Source: Eubacteriales bacterium
GTDB lineage: Bacteria > Bacillota > Clostridia > Oscillospirales > CAG-272
Reading direction: 5' to 3'
Length of the DNA stretch: 64,000 nt
NCBI GenBank assembly: GCA_045612105.1
Contig: JAZKYL010000113.1
Location: forward strand, 226,099-290,098
The notes below the pieces were generated by a model. It was not told where the DNA came from, did no database searches, and worked only from the letters and a program-made list of their open reading frames with translations. Positions 1-9,888 of the stretch are shown here, piece after piece. Numbering within the stretch: position 1 is the stretch's first letter; every line of letters begins with the position of its first letter. The translations under genes were made by a program, and so were the position numbers.

Positions 1-434
1 AAGCAGGAATCAACACCTTCAAAGTTGATATATATCTGCTTTTCAAGCATATCCTTGTGAACGAAGAACTCGCGGCGGTAAAGACCGCAGGGATTGTTCG
101 CAGGAACGTGAGGCGGATCAACGGGGAAGGGATAGCGCACGTTCAGATAGTTGGGAGTGTCGTAGCCCTTGCCAAGATCGCTCTGCCAGCTTCTGGGAAC
201 CATGATCTTGCCGAATTCATCGCAGGCAAGAAACTCTTCCTCTGTGAGGGATGCAAAAGAGGGATAAAACTTGAAATCCCACTCGCCGCAAAGAGAGATA
301 AAGTTATAGCTCTTTGAGCGATTGTCCTCGGCTGCCACAGCATCGTTCTGATAAGGGATAAAATAGGCTCTCGGCTTCTCGCAATTTACGTGAAGATGCT
401 CAAGGCCCTTATGATAGTTCAATTTCAAAGACAC
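1..434 (-). CDS. Beta-galactosidase, GH2 (N-terminal part, runs off window)
   Basis: Not in ORF track. Manual translation from GTG at 434 (GAAAGGA RBS upstream): MSLKLNYHKGLEHLHVNCEKPRAYFIPY...SLCGEWDFKFY...VPRSWQ...PNYLNVRYPFPVDPPHVPANNPCGLYRREF...INFEGVDSC, typical of the LacZ/EbgA N-terminus. Confidence 0.9.
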   Translation of the reverse strand, partial: MSLKLNYHKGLEHLHVNCEKPRAYFIPYQNDAVAAEDNRSKSYNFISLCGEWDFKFYPSFASLTEEEFLACDEFGKIMVPRSWQSDLGKGYDTPNYLNVRYPFPVDPPHVPANNPCGLYRREFFVHKDMLEKQIYINFEGVDSC

Positions 435-471
435 AGTAAAATACCATTCCTTTCTTAGTAAGGTTAAACAA

Positions 472-500
472 ATTCTATCATATTTAATTTGTGGTGTCAA
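472..500 (-). promoter_or_regulatory. sigma-A promoter for GH2 gene
   Basis: TTGACA-17bp-TAGAAT on minus strand. Confidence 0.65.
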
Positions 501-568
501 TAATAATAACGAAAATCAATATTTTTTGAAGGGATTCAATGTAAATTAAAAAATTAAAAAAAATTTCA

Positions 569-597
569 TTTACAAATCAAACAAAATATGCTATAAT
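569..597 (+). promoter_or_regulatory. sigma-A promoter for pseudouridine synthase/tex
   Basis: TTTACA-17bp-TATAAT with extended -10 TG. Confidence 0.65.
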
Positions 598-628
598 GTT
601 TAAAGACTGCCATAACGGAGGTAAAGCA

Positions 629-1354
629 ATGAGGCTTGACAAGTTTATAGTTGAAGCAGGACTTGCTTCAAGGACCGAGATTGCTAAAGCGGCTCGTAGC
701 GGTGGAATCACCGTAAACGGGCAAATAGTACGCAGAGCAAGCGGACACATAGATCCCACTACCGATATCGTAACGTATTGCGGAAGAAAAGTGGTGTGGC
801 GAGAGTTTACCTACGTTATGCTTAATAAACCGGACGGATACGTCAGCGCAACCGACGATCTTCTCAATCCAACAGTTTTGACCCTTTTGCCTGAAGAATT
901 GCAGAAAATCGGACTTTTTCCCTGCGGAAGACTTGATAAAAACACTCTTGGACTTATGATTCTGACTAATAACGGACCACTGTCTCACAAATTGTTAGCA
1001 CCAAAGAATCATGTATCCAAAAAATACCGTTTCACCGTTAAATTTCCAATAAGTGAATCCGACATGCAAGAGCTTGAGGCGGGAGTTGATATAGGCGGAT
1101 ATATCACCGCTCCATGTAATGTCGAAATGATCGACGAAAAGAGCGGGTTTATTACTCTCACCGAGGGAAAATATCACCAAATAAAACTGATGGCAGAAGC
1201 GGTACACAACCAGATCACGTATCTTGAAAGGGTAACATTTGGTCCGATCACCCTCGACGAAAATCTTGATAGAGGGCAATGGCGTTATCTCACTTATGAA
1301 GAGCAAACAGCCCTTGAAGAGAGAGGAAAAAGCATTAACAGAACTCATACATAA
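629..1354 (+). CDS. rsuA: rRNA pseudouridine synthase, RsuA family
   Basis: S4 domain MRLDKF, LNKPDGYVSA, catalytic GRLDKNT, EGKYHQIK; GGAGG RBS before ATG 629. Confidence 0.85.
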   Translation: MRLDKFIVEAGLASRTEIAKAARSGGITVNGQIVRRASGHIDPTTDIVTYCGRKVVWREFTYVMLNKPDGYVSATDDLLNPTVLTLLPEELQKIGLFPCGRLDKNTLGLMILTNNGPLSHKLLAPKNHVSKKYRFTVKFPISESDMQELEAGVDIGGYITAPCNVEMIDEKSGFITLTEGKYHQIKLMAEAVHNQITYLERVTFGPITLDENLDRGQWRYLTYEEQTALEERGKSINRTHT

Positions 1355-1391
1355 CAAAATTATTCAGCAAAATATACAAGGAGCACCCCCA

Positions 1392-3545
1392 ATGGACATT
1401 ATCAAAACACTTGCAGAAGAATTCAAACTTAAAGAAGAACAGGTATCCAAAACCGTCGAGCTTATCGACGGCGGCGACACTATTCCTTTTATCGCACGAT
1501 ACAGAAAGGAAGTAACAGGTAGTCTTGACGATGCTGTGCTTCGTGATCTTAACGATAGACTCGAATATCTTCGCAACATTGAAAAAAGAAAAGAAGAAGT
1601 TAAAAACCTTATTGAGGCTCAAGAAAAGCTTACTCCCGAGATCGAGTTAGCTATACTTAATGCTAAAACCATTACAGAGGTTGACGATATCTACCGCCCC
1701 TTCAGACCCAAGAGAAAAACGCGAGCATCCGTTGCCCGTGAAAGAGGTCTCGAGGATCTCGCAAAGCTCATTATGGAACAGAAGCTTGAATATGCTCCCT
1801 CGATTGAGGAGGCGGCAGAAGCTTTCGTCAGCGAGGAAAAGGAAGTGCCTGATGCAGTAGCGGCTATTGCGGGTGCTTGCGACATTATTGCCGAGGATAT
1901 CTCCGACAATGCGGAATTCAGAAAGTCTCTCCGCGCGCTTACCTTCGATCACGGTGTTCTCAACGTTACCGCGGCTAAGGAAGAGGATTCTGTTTACGCC
2001 CAGTACTACGAGTACAGTGAGCCTCTAAAAAAGGTGCCCGGACACAGAGTTCTCGCAATAAACCGTGGCGAGAAGGAAGAGTTTTTGAAGGTCTCCGTCG
2101 AGATTGCAGCGGACATAATTCTCAATTATCTCTTTGCTTGTGTAGTTACCGAGCCCTCCAGCCCTGCATATAAGTACGTTTCGGCTGCGGCTGTTGACGG
2201 ATACGAAAGACTTATCGCTCCTTCCATTGAGAGAGAAATAAGAAATGATATGTTTGATCTTGCAAGCGAGGGAGCAATCAAGGTTTTCTCCGATAACCTC
2301 GGTCACTTGCTTATGCAGTCTCCCCTTAAGGGAAAGACGGTTCTGGGATTTGACCCCGGTTACGTCAACGGCTGTAAGCTTGCTGTAGTTGATAAAACCG
2401 GAAAGGTTCTTGATACTGCGGTCATTTATCCCACTAAGCCCCGCCAGAGAACCGAGGAAGCTACCAGAGTAGTCAAGGGACTCATTAAGAAGCATCACGT
2501 TGACGTTATCGCTATCGGCAACGGTACTGCATCCAAGGAAAGCGAAATATTTATTGCCGGCTTGCTCAAGGATATTCCCGAAGCTAACTGCAAATATATT
2601 ATTGTCAGCGAAGCTGGTGCTTCTATCTATTCCGCATCGAAGCTCGCAACCGAGGAATTTCCTGATTTCGACGTTATGCAGCGTTCTGCGGTGTCGATCG
2701 CGAGAAGACTTCAGGACCCTCTTGCGGAGCTTGTTAAGATCGACCCCAAGTCCATCGGTGTCGGTCAGTATCAGCACGATATGAAACCCGCGAGACTGGA
2801 CAGCGCGCTTACGGGTGTCGTTGAAAACTGCGTTAACTCGGTTGGAGTTGACGTTAATACCGCATCTCATTCGCTTCTCGCATACATCTCCGGCATCAAC
2901 GCCACCAGCGCAAAGAATATCGTGAAATACAGAGAAGAAAACGGAGAATTTACCTCCAGAGCGCAGATCAAAAAGGTTCCCCGTATCGGTGACAAGGCAT
3001 TTGAGCAGTGCGCAGGATTTTTGAGAGTTCCCGATTCCAAGGAGATCCTTGACAATACCGGAGTTCACCCCGAATCCTATGAAGCTGCAAAAGCTTTGCT
3101 TGAAATATTCGGATATACCACAGATGACGTTCGCCAAGGACAGCTCAGAGAGCTTCGTGCAAAGGCCACCAAAAAGGGAATAAAGAACGTTGCATCGGAG
3201 CTCGGAATCGGTGAGCCCACTCTCGTTGATATTATCGGAGAGCTTGAAAAGCCCGGACGCGACGTTAGAGACTCTCTGCCACCTCCCATTCTCCGTGATG
3301 ATATTCTCGATCTTGAGGATCTTAAGCCTGATATGGTGCTGACAGGAACGGTCAGAAACGTTATCGATTTCGGTGCCTTCGTTGATATCGGTGTTCATCA
3401 GGACGGTCTTGTCCATATTTCGCAAATATGCGATAAATATATCAAACACCCCTCGGAGATGTTGTCCGTCGGAGATATCGTTAAGGTTAAGGTCCTTTCG
3501 GTTGACGTTAAGAAGAAGAGAATATCTCTCTCAATGAAGCTTTAA
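1392..3545 (+). CDS. tex: Tex family RNA-binding transcription accessory protein
   Basis: TIPFIARYRKEVTGSLD, YqgF-like GFDPG, IDPKSIGVGQYQHD, C-terminal S1 domain; AGGAG RBS before ATG 1392. Confidence 0.95.
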   Translation: MDIIKTLAEEFKLKEEQVSKTVELIDGGDTIPFIARYRKEVTGSLDDAVLRDLNDRLEYLRNIEKRKEEVKNLIEAQEKLTPEIELAILNAKTITEVDDIYRPFRPKRKTRASVARERGLEDLAKLIMEQKLEYAPSIEEAAEAFVSEEKEVPDAVAAIAGACDIIAEDISDNAEFRKSLRALTFDHGVLNVTAAKEEDSVYAQYYEYSEPLKKVPGHRVLAINRGEKEEFLKVSVEIAADIILNYLFACVVTEPSSPAYKYVSAAAVDGYERLIAPSIEREIRNDMFDLASEGAIKVFSDNLGHLLMQSPLKGKTVLGFDPGYVNGCKLAVVDKTGKVLDTAVIYPTKPRQRTEEATRVVKGLIKKHHVDVIAIGNGTASKESEIFIAGLLKDIPEANCKYIIVSEAGASIYSASKLATEEFPDFDVMQRSAVSIARRLQDPLAELVKIDPKSIGVGQYQHDMKPARLDSALTGVVENCVNSVGVDVNTASHSLLAYISGINATSAKNIVKYREENGEFTSRAQIKKVPRIGDKAFEQCAGFLRVPDSKEILDNTGVHPESYEAAKALLEIFGYTTDDVRQGQLRELRAKATKKGIKNVASELGIGEPTLVDIIGELEKPGRDVRDSLPPPILRDDILDLEDLKPDMVLTGTVRNVIDFGAFVDIGVHQDGLVHISQICDKYIKHPSEMLSVGDIVKVKVLSVDVKKKRISLSMKL

Positions 3546-3739
3546 TAAATTAAAACGCGAATCGGTGTAAAAATTGGTTTATTAGCTCAAAAATATTGTC
3601 GGTTGTCTAAAATGCACAAAACAAACTTGATAATTTTGGGCAATTATGCTCTTTAAAAAAGCTCGATTTTTTGGTACAATTATAATGTTAAAAAATATAG
3701 GTTTGCAAAAGCCTACTTAAATTAGGAGGAATAAAACAC

Positions 3740-4852
3740 ATGGCAAGTTTGTCTCTCAGACATATTTATAAGAAGTATCCCGGTGGTGTTACCGCTGTTT
3801 CCGACTTCAACCTTGAGATCAAGGACAAGGAATTTATCGTCCTCGTCGGTCCTTCCGGTTGCGGTAAGTCCACAACTCTTCGTATGATCGCAGGTCTTGA
3901 GGAGATCTCCGAAGGTGAGCTCTTCATCGGCGACCGTCTCGTAAACGACGTTGCACCTAAGGATAGAAAGATCGCGATGGTGTTCCAGAACTACGCGCTT
4001 TATCCTCATATGACTGTTTCCGAGAATATGGCATTCGGTCTTAAACTTAATAAAACTCCCAAGGAAGAGATCAAGAGACGTGTTGAAGAGGCAGCTCGTA
4101 TACTCGATATAACCCACCTTCTCGACAGAAAGCCTAAGGCTTTGTCCGGTGGTCAGAAGCAGCGTGTTGCGTTGGGTCGTGCTATCGTTCGTAACCCCAT
4201 GGTATTCCTTCTTGACGAGCCTCTTTCCAACCTTGATGCTAAGCTTCGTGCAACCATGAGAACCGAGCTTACCAAGCTTCACCAGAGAGTCGAGACAACC
4301 TTCGTATACGTTACCCACGACCAGGTCGAGGCTATGACGATGGCAACTCGAATCGTTGTTATGAAGGACGGTCTTATTCAGCAGGTTGATACTCCTCAGC
4401 ATCTTTATGATAGCCCTGTAAATATGTTCGTTGCAGGATTTATCGGAACTCCTCAGATGAACTTTATTAACGGTTCTCTCGTTAAGAAGGGTGAGGACGT
4501 TTATTTCGAATTTGAAGGTAACTCTATCAAGGTTCCCGCAGAGAAAGCTAATAATCCCGCTCTTGCTGAGTACATTGGTCAGGAAGTTGTTGTCGGAATT
4601 CGTCCCGAGAGCATTCATGACCAGCCCGCTCAGATCTCTGCTCTTGAAGATAGCACTGTTGACTCCTACGTTGAAGTTACTGAGCTTATGGGTGCTGAGA
4701 TTTATCTCTACCTCATTATCGGTGAGACCAAGCTTACCGCTCGTGTATCCGCAAGATCCACCTCTCGTGCAGGCGACACTATTAAGATCGCTCTTGATAC
4801 CGCGAGAATGCACATCTTCGACAAGGATACCGAAAAGTGCATAGTTCACTAA
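3740..4852 (+). CDS. Shared sugar ABC transporter ATP-binding subunit (MsmX/MsmK/UgpC family)
   Basis: GPSGCGKST Walker A, LSGGQKQR, FLLDEPLSNLDAKLR, TOBE-like tail; stand-alone gene. Confidence 0.93.
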   Translation: MASLSLRHIYKKYPGGVTAVSDFNLEIKDKEFIVLVGPSGCGKSTTLRMIAGLEEISEGELFIGDRLVNDVAPKDRKIAMVFQNYALYPHMTVSENMAFGLKLNKTPKEEIKRRVEEAARILDITHLLDRKPKALSGGQKQRVALGRAIVRNPMVFLLDEPLSNLDAKLRATMRTELTKLHQRVETTFVYVTHDQVEAMTMATRIVVMKDGLIQQVDTPQHLYDSPVNMFVAGFIGTPQMNFINGSLVKKGEDVYFEFEGNSIKVPAEKANNPALAEYIGQEVVVGIRPESIHDQPAQISALEDSTVDSYVEVTELMGAEIYLYLIIGETKLTARVSARSTSRAGDTIKIALDTARMHIFDKDTEKCIVH

Positions 4853-4870
4853 TTAATATTCATTAGAATT

Positions 4871-4916
4871 AATAAAAACACCTTAAATGTGTACTCATAT
4901 TTAAGGTGTTTTTATT
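4871..4916 (+). terminator. Intrinsic terminator
   Basis: aaaaacaccttaaatgtg-tact-catatttaaggtgttttt. Confidence 0.85.
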
Positions 4917-4977
4917 TGCACATTTTTCGGAATCCTCAGAATTCTGAAGTTTTTAATCATAATTATTCATACCCCCC

Positions 4978-5006
4978 TTGAAAACTCCCAACCGATATGC
5001 TATAAT
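4978..5006 (+). promoter_or_regulatory. sigma-A promoter
   Basis: TTGAAA-17bp-TATAAT with extended -10 TG. Confidence 0.7.
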
Positions 5007-5040
5007 TGAATAGTAAATTTAAATTACCGCAGGAGCAGAA

Positions 5041-5946
5041 ATGGATATTGGAAAAAAGATCAAGAAACTACGCACAGATAAGCTAATGACTCAATCAGAA
5101 TTAACCGGTGGAGAAATAACTCGAAATATGCTGAGCCGTATTGAAAACGGTGCCGCACTGCCAAGTATAGGAACTATTGTCTATCTTGCTTCAAAGTTGG
5201 GCGTCCCGGCAGGCTATTTGCTGTCTGAAGGCGAGGAAGAATTTATTTATCACAAAACCTCAGTTATGAAAAATATTCGTCGCGCATACACCGACAAGAA
5301 TTTCGAACTCTGTCTTGATATTTGCCTTGCAGAATTCGATAGTTTTGACGATGAATTGGAGCTTATACTCACAGATTGTTGCCTTGGCATATCAGAAGAA
5401 GCAATGCGCGGTGGACATCTTCATAAAGCTTGTGCTTTTCTCGACAAAGCGATAAGACATTCCCGCAATACAATGTTCGATACCACTACACAAAAAAACA
5501 GGATAGAGATTATGTTTGGACTATTAAAAGAACTGTCTCCGGCATTGGACTCAGACGAGGCTGATACTGTAATAAGTGAGGATATGTTCCATCCTGCAAT
5601 TTTTGGCAATATTTTCTGTAAATACATTACAGTAATCTTAGATATCGGCAAATATGAACTCTTTTTTGACGATCTGCAAAAAAACTGCTACACATTGACT
5701 GAGCGTGAACAATTATTCATTCTGCACCTGGAAGCAAGAAAACAAATGCTTGCCGAGGAATATAGCAATGCTATCTTGACTCTACGAACATTGATAGATT
5801 CCGAAATCGTTCCTGAAAGATTACTTCTGTACCTTGCTTGTATTGATATGGAGATCTGTTGCAGAGAAACTAACGACTATAAGGGTGCTTACGAATTTTC
5901 ACAAAACAAACTTGAAATTCTTGAGCATATGTTGGGGGAAGATTGA
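5041..5946 (+). CDS. XRE-family HTH regulator with helical (TPR-like) C-terminus
   Basis: IGKKIKKLR...MTQSEL...ITRNMLSRIENG...LASKLGV; about 300-aa RRNPP-like architecture. Confidence 0.8.
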   Translation: MDIGKKIKKLRTDKLMTQSELTGGEITRNMLSRIENGAALPSIGTIVYLASKLGVPAGYLLSEGEEEFIYHKTSVMKNIRRAYTDKNFELCLDICLAEFDSFDDELELILTDCCLGISEEAMRGGHLHKACAFLDKAIRHSRNTMFDTTTQKNRIEIMFGLLKELSPALDSDEADTVISEDMFHPAIFGNIFCKYITVILDIGKYELFFDDLQKNCYTLTEREQLFILHLEARKQMLAEEYSNAILTLRTLIDSEIVPERLLLYLACIDMEICCRETNDYKGAYEFSQNKLEILEHMLGED

Positions 5947-5947
5947 T

Positions 5948-6880
5948 ATGAAGCAAAATATTCGCCACATTATTGCACTACTAATATCACTTTTAATCTT
6001 TGCTCTTACTTCATGCGCATTGTTTATCCCCAACGATAGCTTTGACGGTGGCATATTATTGGACGACGAAAAAATTTCACAGATTAAATCTGAGATTTTT
6101 AAAACCGAAAGCTCAAGCTCACTAAATGAAACAGATTCAACAAAGCTAAATGATTCTTCAGAAGCAACAATCATTGCGGAAACACACCGGGAAAAGGAGA
6201 GTCATACAGAAACGTATATTTTTTCAGTAGCAGAAAGTACCACAGAAATTGAAAGCTCATCCAAAATCGAGAACATGCCCGCAGATGAATTGCCGCCCAA
6301 AGATAGTACCACCGATCTAACCGAAACAAATGAAAGCATCGAAACAGAAATTAAAGAAACCACAGAATTTGCCAACTCACAATTTGAAAATGAAACGATC
6401 TTAACCGAATCTGGAAGCATTATAATCGAAAATGAAGAGTATACCGATCTAATTATCGAAGTAGACACATCATCAAATATGACCAATGCCGTTTCAACTG
6501 AACAGATAGAAACAGAAAGCATCGAAAAAGTTTATTGGGTAACAAACGGAAAAGTTTGGCATCTTTTTAAAGACTGCGGTTACTTGAAGAATTCAAACCC
6601 CATATTATCAGGCAATGTTGAAGAGGCAGTATCCGAGGGAAAAGAAACAGTTTGTTCAAGCTGCAGTAAAAAACAAGAATACTACACCGAAACTGAAACC
6701 GAAATTATAACAACAATAGATATAGTATTTTGGTGCAAAAACAGTAAAATTTGGCATCTTTTTGAAGACTGCGGTTATTTAAAAAATTCGGATGCAGTAT
6801 CATCCGGTAGTATTGAAGATGCCATGTCTTATGGAAAAGAAAAAGTATGTTCAAGTTGTGAGAAAAGGCTAAAAAACTAA
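5948..6880 (+). CDS. Putative lipoprotein with E/T/S-rich linker and two H-x4-C...CxxC domains
   Basis: Signal peptide ending LTSC lipobox; duplicated W-x4-K-x-WHLFxDCGYLKNS...CSSC. Confidence 0.7.
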   Translation: MKQNIRHIIALLISLLIFALTSCALFIPNDSFDGGILLDDEKISQIKSEIFKTESSSSLNETDSTKLNDSSEATIIAETHREKESHTETYIFSVAESTTEIESSSKIENMPADELPPKDSTTDLTETNESIETEIKETTEFANSQFENETILTESGSIIIENEEYTDLIIEVDTSSNMTNAVSTEQIETESIEKVYWVTNGKVWHLFKDCGYLKNSNPILSGNVEEAVSEGKETVCSSCSKKQEYYTETETEIITTIDIVFWCKNSKIWHLFEDCGYLKNSDAVSSGSIEDAMSYGKEKVCSSCEKRLKN

Positions 6881-6968
6881 TTTTTATATTTTTTCAACAA
6901 AAAACACCATTTCAAAATGGTAAAATCACCCAAAAATCAAAAACAAACTAAAATTTGTGTTAATGTGA

Positions 6969-6997
6969 TTGACAAATCGAAGTTTTTATGATATAAT
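6969..6997 (+). promoter_or_regulatory. Consensus sigma-A promoter upstream of mgsA
   Basis: TTGACA-17bp-TATAAT. Confidence 0.8.
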
Positions 6998-7128
6998 CGT
7001 AGTGTTAGGACTTAAATAAGTTATAGATTTATATTAAAACATTGCGATTTTTTTCACAAAGATTCTTTTCGCATTGGTTTTTTATTAGTATTTTGTCCAA
7101 CAGTTCAAAACAGGATGGAGGAGTTCAA

Positions 7129-7566
7129 ATGGAAATAGCTATCATAGCACATGACATGAAGAAAGAGCTTATCACACAGTTTTGTATTGCATACTGCGGT
7201 ATTCTCAGCAAGCACAATATTTGCGCAACAGGAATAACCGCTAAATATATATCTGAGGCAACCGGACTCAAGATTGAAAAGATGCTTAGCGGAGAGCAGG
7301 GCGGCGAGCAGCAGATCGCTTCGAGAATCGCTTACAACGAAATAGACGTTCTTATCTATTTCCGCGATACCCGACCTTCATCCGATATGTTTTCTGAGCA
7401 TGATAAAATCGAAAAAGAGCTTCTTTTGGCATGTGACCGCTACAACATTCCCGTAGCAACAAATATTGCAACTGCCGAGGTGATTATTATGGCTCTTGAC
7501 CGTGGAGATCTCGATTGGAGAGAAGTCGTTAATCCAACCTCTGCATATAACAGAAGCCGTCGCTGA
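7129..7566 (+). CDS. mgsA: Methylglyoxal synthase family protein
   Basis: IAIIAHDMKK, ATGIT, SGEQGGEQQI, CDRYNIPVATNIATAE; GGAGGAG RBS. Confidence 0.85.
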   Translation: MEIAIIAHDMKKELITQFCIAYCGILSKHNICATGITAKYISEATGLKIEKMLSGEQGGEQQIASRIAYNEIDVLIYFRDTRPSSDMFSEHDKIEKELLLACDRYNIPVATNIATAEVIIMALDRGDLDWREVVNPTSAYNRSRR

Positions 7567-7574
7567 TAAAACGG

Positions 7575-7757
7575 TATCACAAAAGACAAGTTCTATGCAT
7601 GAAGCGCACACAGAGAGAGGGATTAGGTGAAAGCCCTTTACGCCGACGTATAGGATACCACTTTTGCGCGCAATTCAATAAGAATGAGTTAAAAGCTCGG
7701 GTGGAACCGTGCATATTGCACCCCGAACACAGTAAATGTGTTTGGGGTGCTTATTTA
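7575..7757 (+). ncRNA. T-box riboswitch (Thr) leader of thrS
   Basis: AGAGA/GGTGAAAG stem I motifs, likely ACC specifier at 7657-7659, T-box GGGTGGAACCG 7699-7709, terminator gcaccccgaacac/gtgtttggggtgc 7718-7750. Confidence 0.9.
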
Positions 7758-7798
7758 ATAAAAAATATATTTGACATAAATCAAGAAAGGTAAAAACT

Positions 7799-9739
7799 AT
7801 GAAGATCAATTTTGGTTCACAAATTTTAGAATCTGAATCTCCCGTAACGGTATATGATGCCGCCAAGGAAACATTTGGAATGGTAGAGAGAAGCGTTATC
7901 GCTGCAAGTGTTAACGGTGAGACTGTTGCTCTGGGTTACGAAATCGCGGCTGATGCTGACGTCAAGCTCCTTACCTTTGCAGACAAGGAAGGTGCTCACG
8001 TATTCAGACATACCGCATCTCACATTCTCGCTCAAGCAGTTAAGAGACTTTATCCCGAGACCAAGCTTACCATCGGTCCCGCTATCGACGACGGATTCTA
8101 CTACGATTTCGACAGTGACATCGCATTCACTCCTGAGATCCTCAAGGCACTTGAAGGCGAAATGAAAAAGATCGTTAAGGAGAATCTCAAGATCGAGCGT
8201 TTTGAGCTTCCCAGAGACGAGGCTATCGCGTTTATGACCGATAAGAACGAGCCCTACAAGGTTCAGCTTATCGAAGAACTTCCCGAGGGTGAGACCATCA
8301 GCTTCTACCGTCAGGGCGAGTTTACCGACCTATGCGCAGGTCCACACCTTTTCGCAACCGGTGCGGTAAAGGCGTTCAAGCTGACTCAGTGCACCGGTGC
8401 TTATTGGAAGGGCGACCAGAACAACAAGCAGCTCCAGAGAATCTACGGTCTTGCATTCCCCTCGAAGGACGAGCTTAACGCTTACGTTACAATGCTTGAA
8501 GAGGCAAGAAAGCGCGACCATAACAAGATTGGTCGTGAGCTTGAATATTTCACCACTGTAGACTCTATCGGTCAGGGACTTCCTATCCTTATGCCTAAGG
8601 GTGCAAGAGTTATCCAGACACTCCAGAGATGGATCGAGGACGAGGAGCAGAGAAGAGGATATCTTCTTACCAAGACTCCTCTTATGGCAAAGAGAGACCT
8701 TTATAAAATATCCGGTCACTGGGATCACTACAGAGACGGTATGTTCATCCTCGGAGACCCCGATGACGAGACCAAGGAGTGCTTCGCTCTACGTCCTATG
8801 ACCTGTCCCTTCCAGTATCAGGTATATCTCAGCAAGAAGCGCTCTTACAGAGACCTTCCTATGAGACTTGGCGAGACCTCGACCCTGTTCAGAAATGAGG
8901 AAAGCGGCGAGATGCACGGTCTTATCCGTGTCCGTCAGTTCACCATTTCCGAAGGACACCTTGTTCTCCGTCCCGAGCAGCTGGCAGAAGAATTCAAGGG
9001 CTGTCTTGATCTGGCTCTCTACTGCCTCGATACGCTCGGTCTCAGAGAGGACTGCTCCTTCCGCTTCTCACAGTGGGATCCCAAGAGAACCGACAAGTAC
9101 GAGGGATCGCCCGAGCAGTGGGATGAGGCTCAGGGCATTATGGAAAAGCTTCTCAACGAAAACCTGGGCGAGGGCAACTACGCCATCGGTATCGACGAGG
9201 CGGCTTTCTACGGTCCTAAGCTTGACATTCAGATCAAGAACGTATTCGGTAAGGAGGACACCCTTATTACCATCCAGATCGATATGCTTCTTGCTAAGAA
9301 GTTCGGTATGGAGTACGTTGACTCCGATAACACTATGAAGACTCCCTATATCATTCACCGTACCTCTATGGGTTGCTACGAGAGAACTCTCGCGCTTCTG
9401 CTTGAGAAGTATGCGGGTGCGCTTCCTACCTGGATGGCTCCCGTTCAGGTCAGAATGCTTCCTATCGGTGACGAGCAGGTCGCATACTGTGAGGAGATCG
9501 AGAGAAGACTTACCAATCTCGGTGTTCGTTGCGAGGTTGACAAGAGAAACGAGACTATCGGCTACAAGCTTCGTAACGCTCAGCTCGAAAAGCTGCCTTA
9601 TATGGTAGTTGTCGGTGCTAAGGAGATCGAAAGCAATACAGTTGCTGTCCGTTCCAGAAAGGACGGCGAGAAGGGTGCTATGGCTGTCGATCAGTTTATT
9701 AGTGAGCTTCTTCTTGAAATCGCTGAAAAGAGAAGATAA
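7799..9739 (+). CDS. thrS: Threonine--tRNA ligase
   Basis: TGS domain, RHTASH, DLCAGPH, RDHNKIG, LRPMTCP, AAFYGPKLD, IIHRTSMG. Confidence 0.97.
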   Translation: MKINFGSQILESESPVTVYDAAKETFGMVERSVIAASVNGETVALGYEIAADADVKLLTFADKEGAHVFRHTASHILAQAVKRLYPETKLTIGPAIDDGFYYDFDSDIAFTPEILKALEGEMKKIVKENLKIERFELPRDEAIAFMTDKNEPYKVQLIEELPEGETISFYRQGEFTDLCAGPHLFATGAVKAFKLTQCTGAYWKGDQNNKQLQRIYGLAFPSKDELNAYVTMLEEARKRDHNKIGRELEYFTTVDSIGQGLPILMPKGARVIQTLQRWIEDEEQRRGYLLTKTPLMAKRDLYKISGHWDHYRDGMFILGDPDDETKECFALRPMTCPFQYQVYLSKKRSYRDLPMRLGETSTLFRNEESGEMHGLIRVRQFTISEGHLVLRPEQLAEEFKGCLDLALYCLDTLGLREDCSFRFSQWDPKRTDKYEGSPEQWDEAQGIMEKLLNENLGEGNYAIGIDEAAFYGPKLDIQIKNVFGKEDTLITIQIDMLLAKKFGMEYVDSDNTMKTPYIIHRTSMGCYERTLALLLEKYAGALPTWMAPVQVRMLPIGDEQVAYCEEIERRLTNLGVRCEVDKRNETIGYKLRNAQLEKLPYMVVVGAKEIESNTVAVRSRKDGEKGAMAVDQFISELLLEIAEKRR

Positions 9740-9748
9740 TTAATAATA

Positions 9749-9788
9749 AAAAAGCTCAAATTTCCTCAATGGATTTTTGGGCTTTTTG
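9749..9788 (+). terminator. Intrinsic terminator after thrS
   Basis: aaaagctcaaa...tttgggcttttt. Confidence 0.6.
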
Positions 9789-9888
9789 ATTTGTTTACAA
9801 AATATACCTATAATTACACAAACAAACAGTGTATAATAACATGAATTTAATACAATATATCCAAATAATACAAATTCAGGAGTGTTTT

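Noticed and set aside
3603-3619. Recurring TTGT-N8/9-ACAA motifs upstream of several genes (also ~61624, ~27982) as a Rex-like regulon
   Set aside because: Spacing inconsistent and differs from the 18-bp Rex box; AT-rich background makes chance matches likely.
2025-4849. Long antisense ORFs over tex and the ABC ATPase (also 45706-46782, 34146-35030)
   Set aside because: Shadow ORFs of strongly codon-biased genes with no recognisable motifs.
7599-7793. 64-aa ORF upstream of thrS as a leader peptide
   Set aside because: Fully explained by the T-box RNA.
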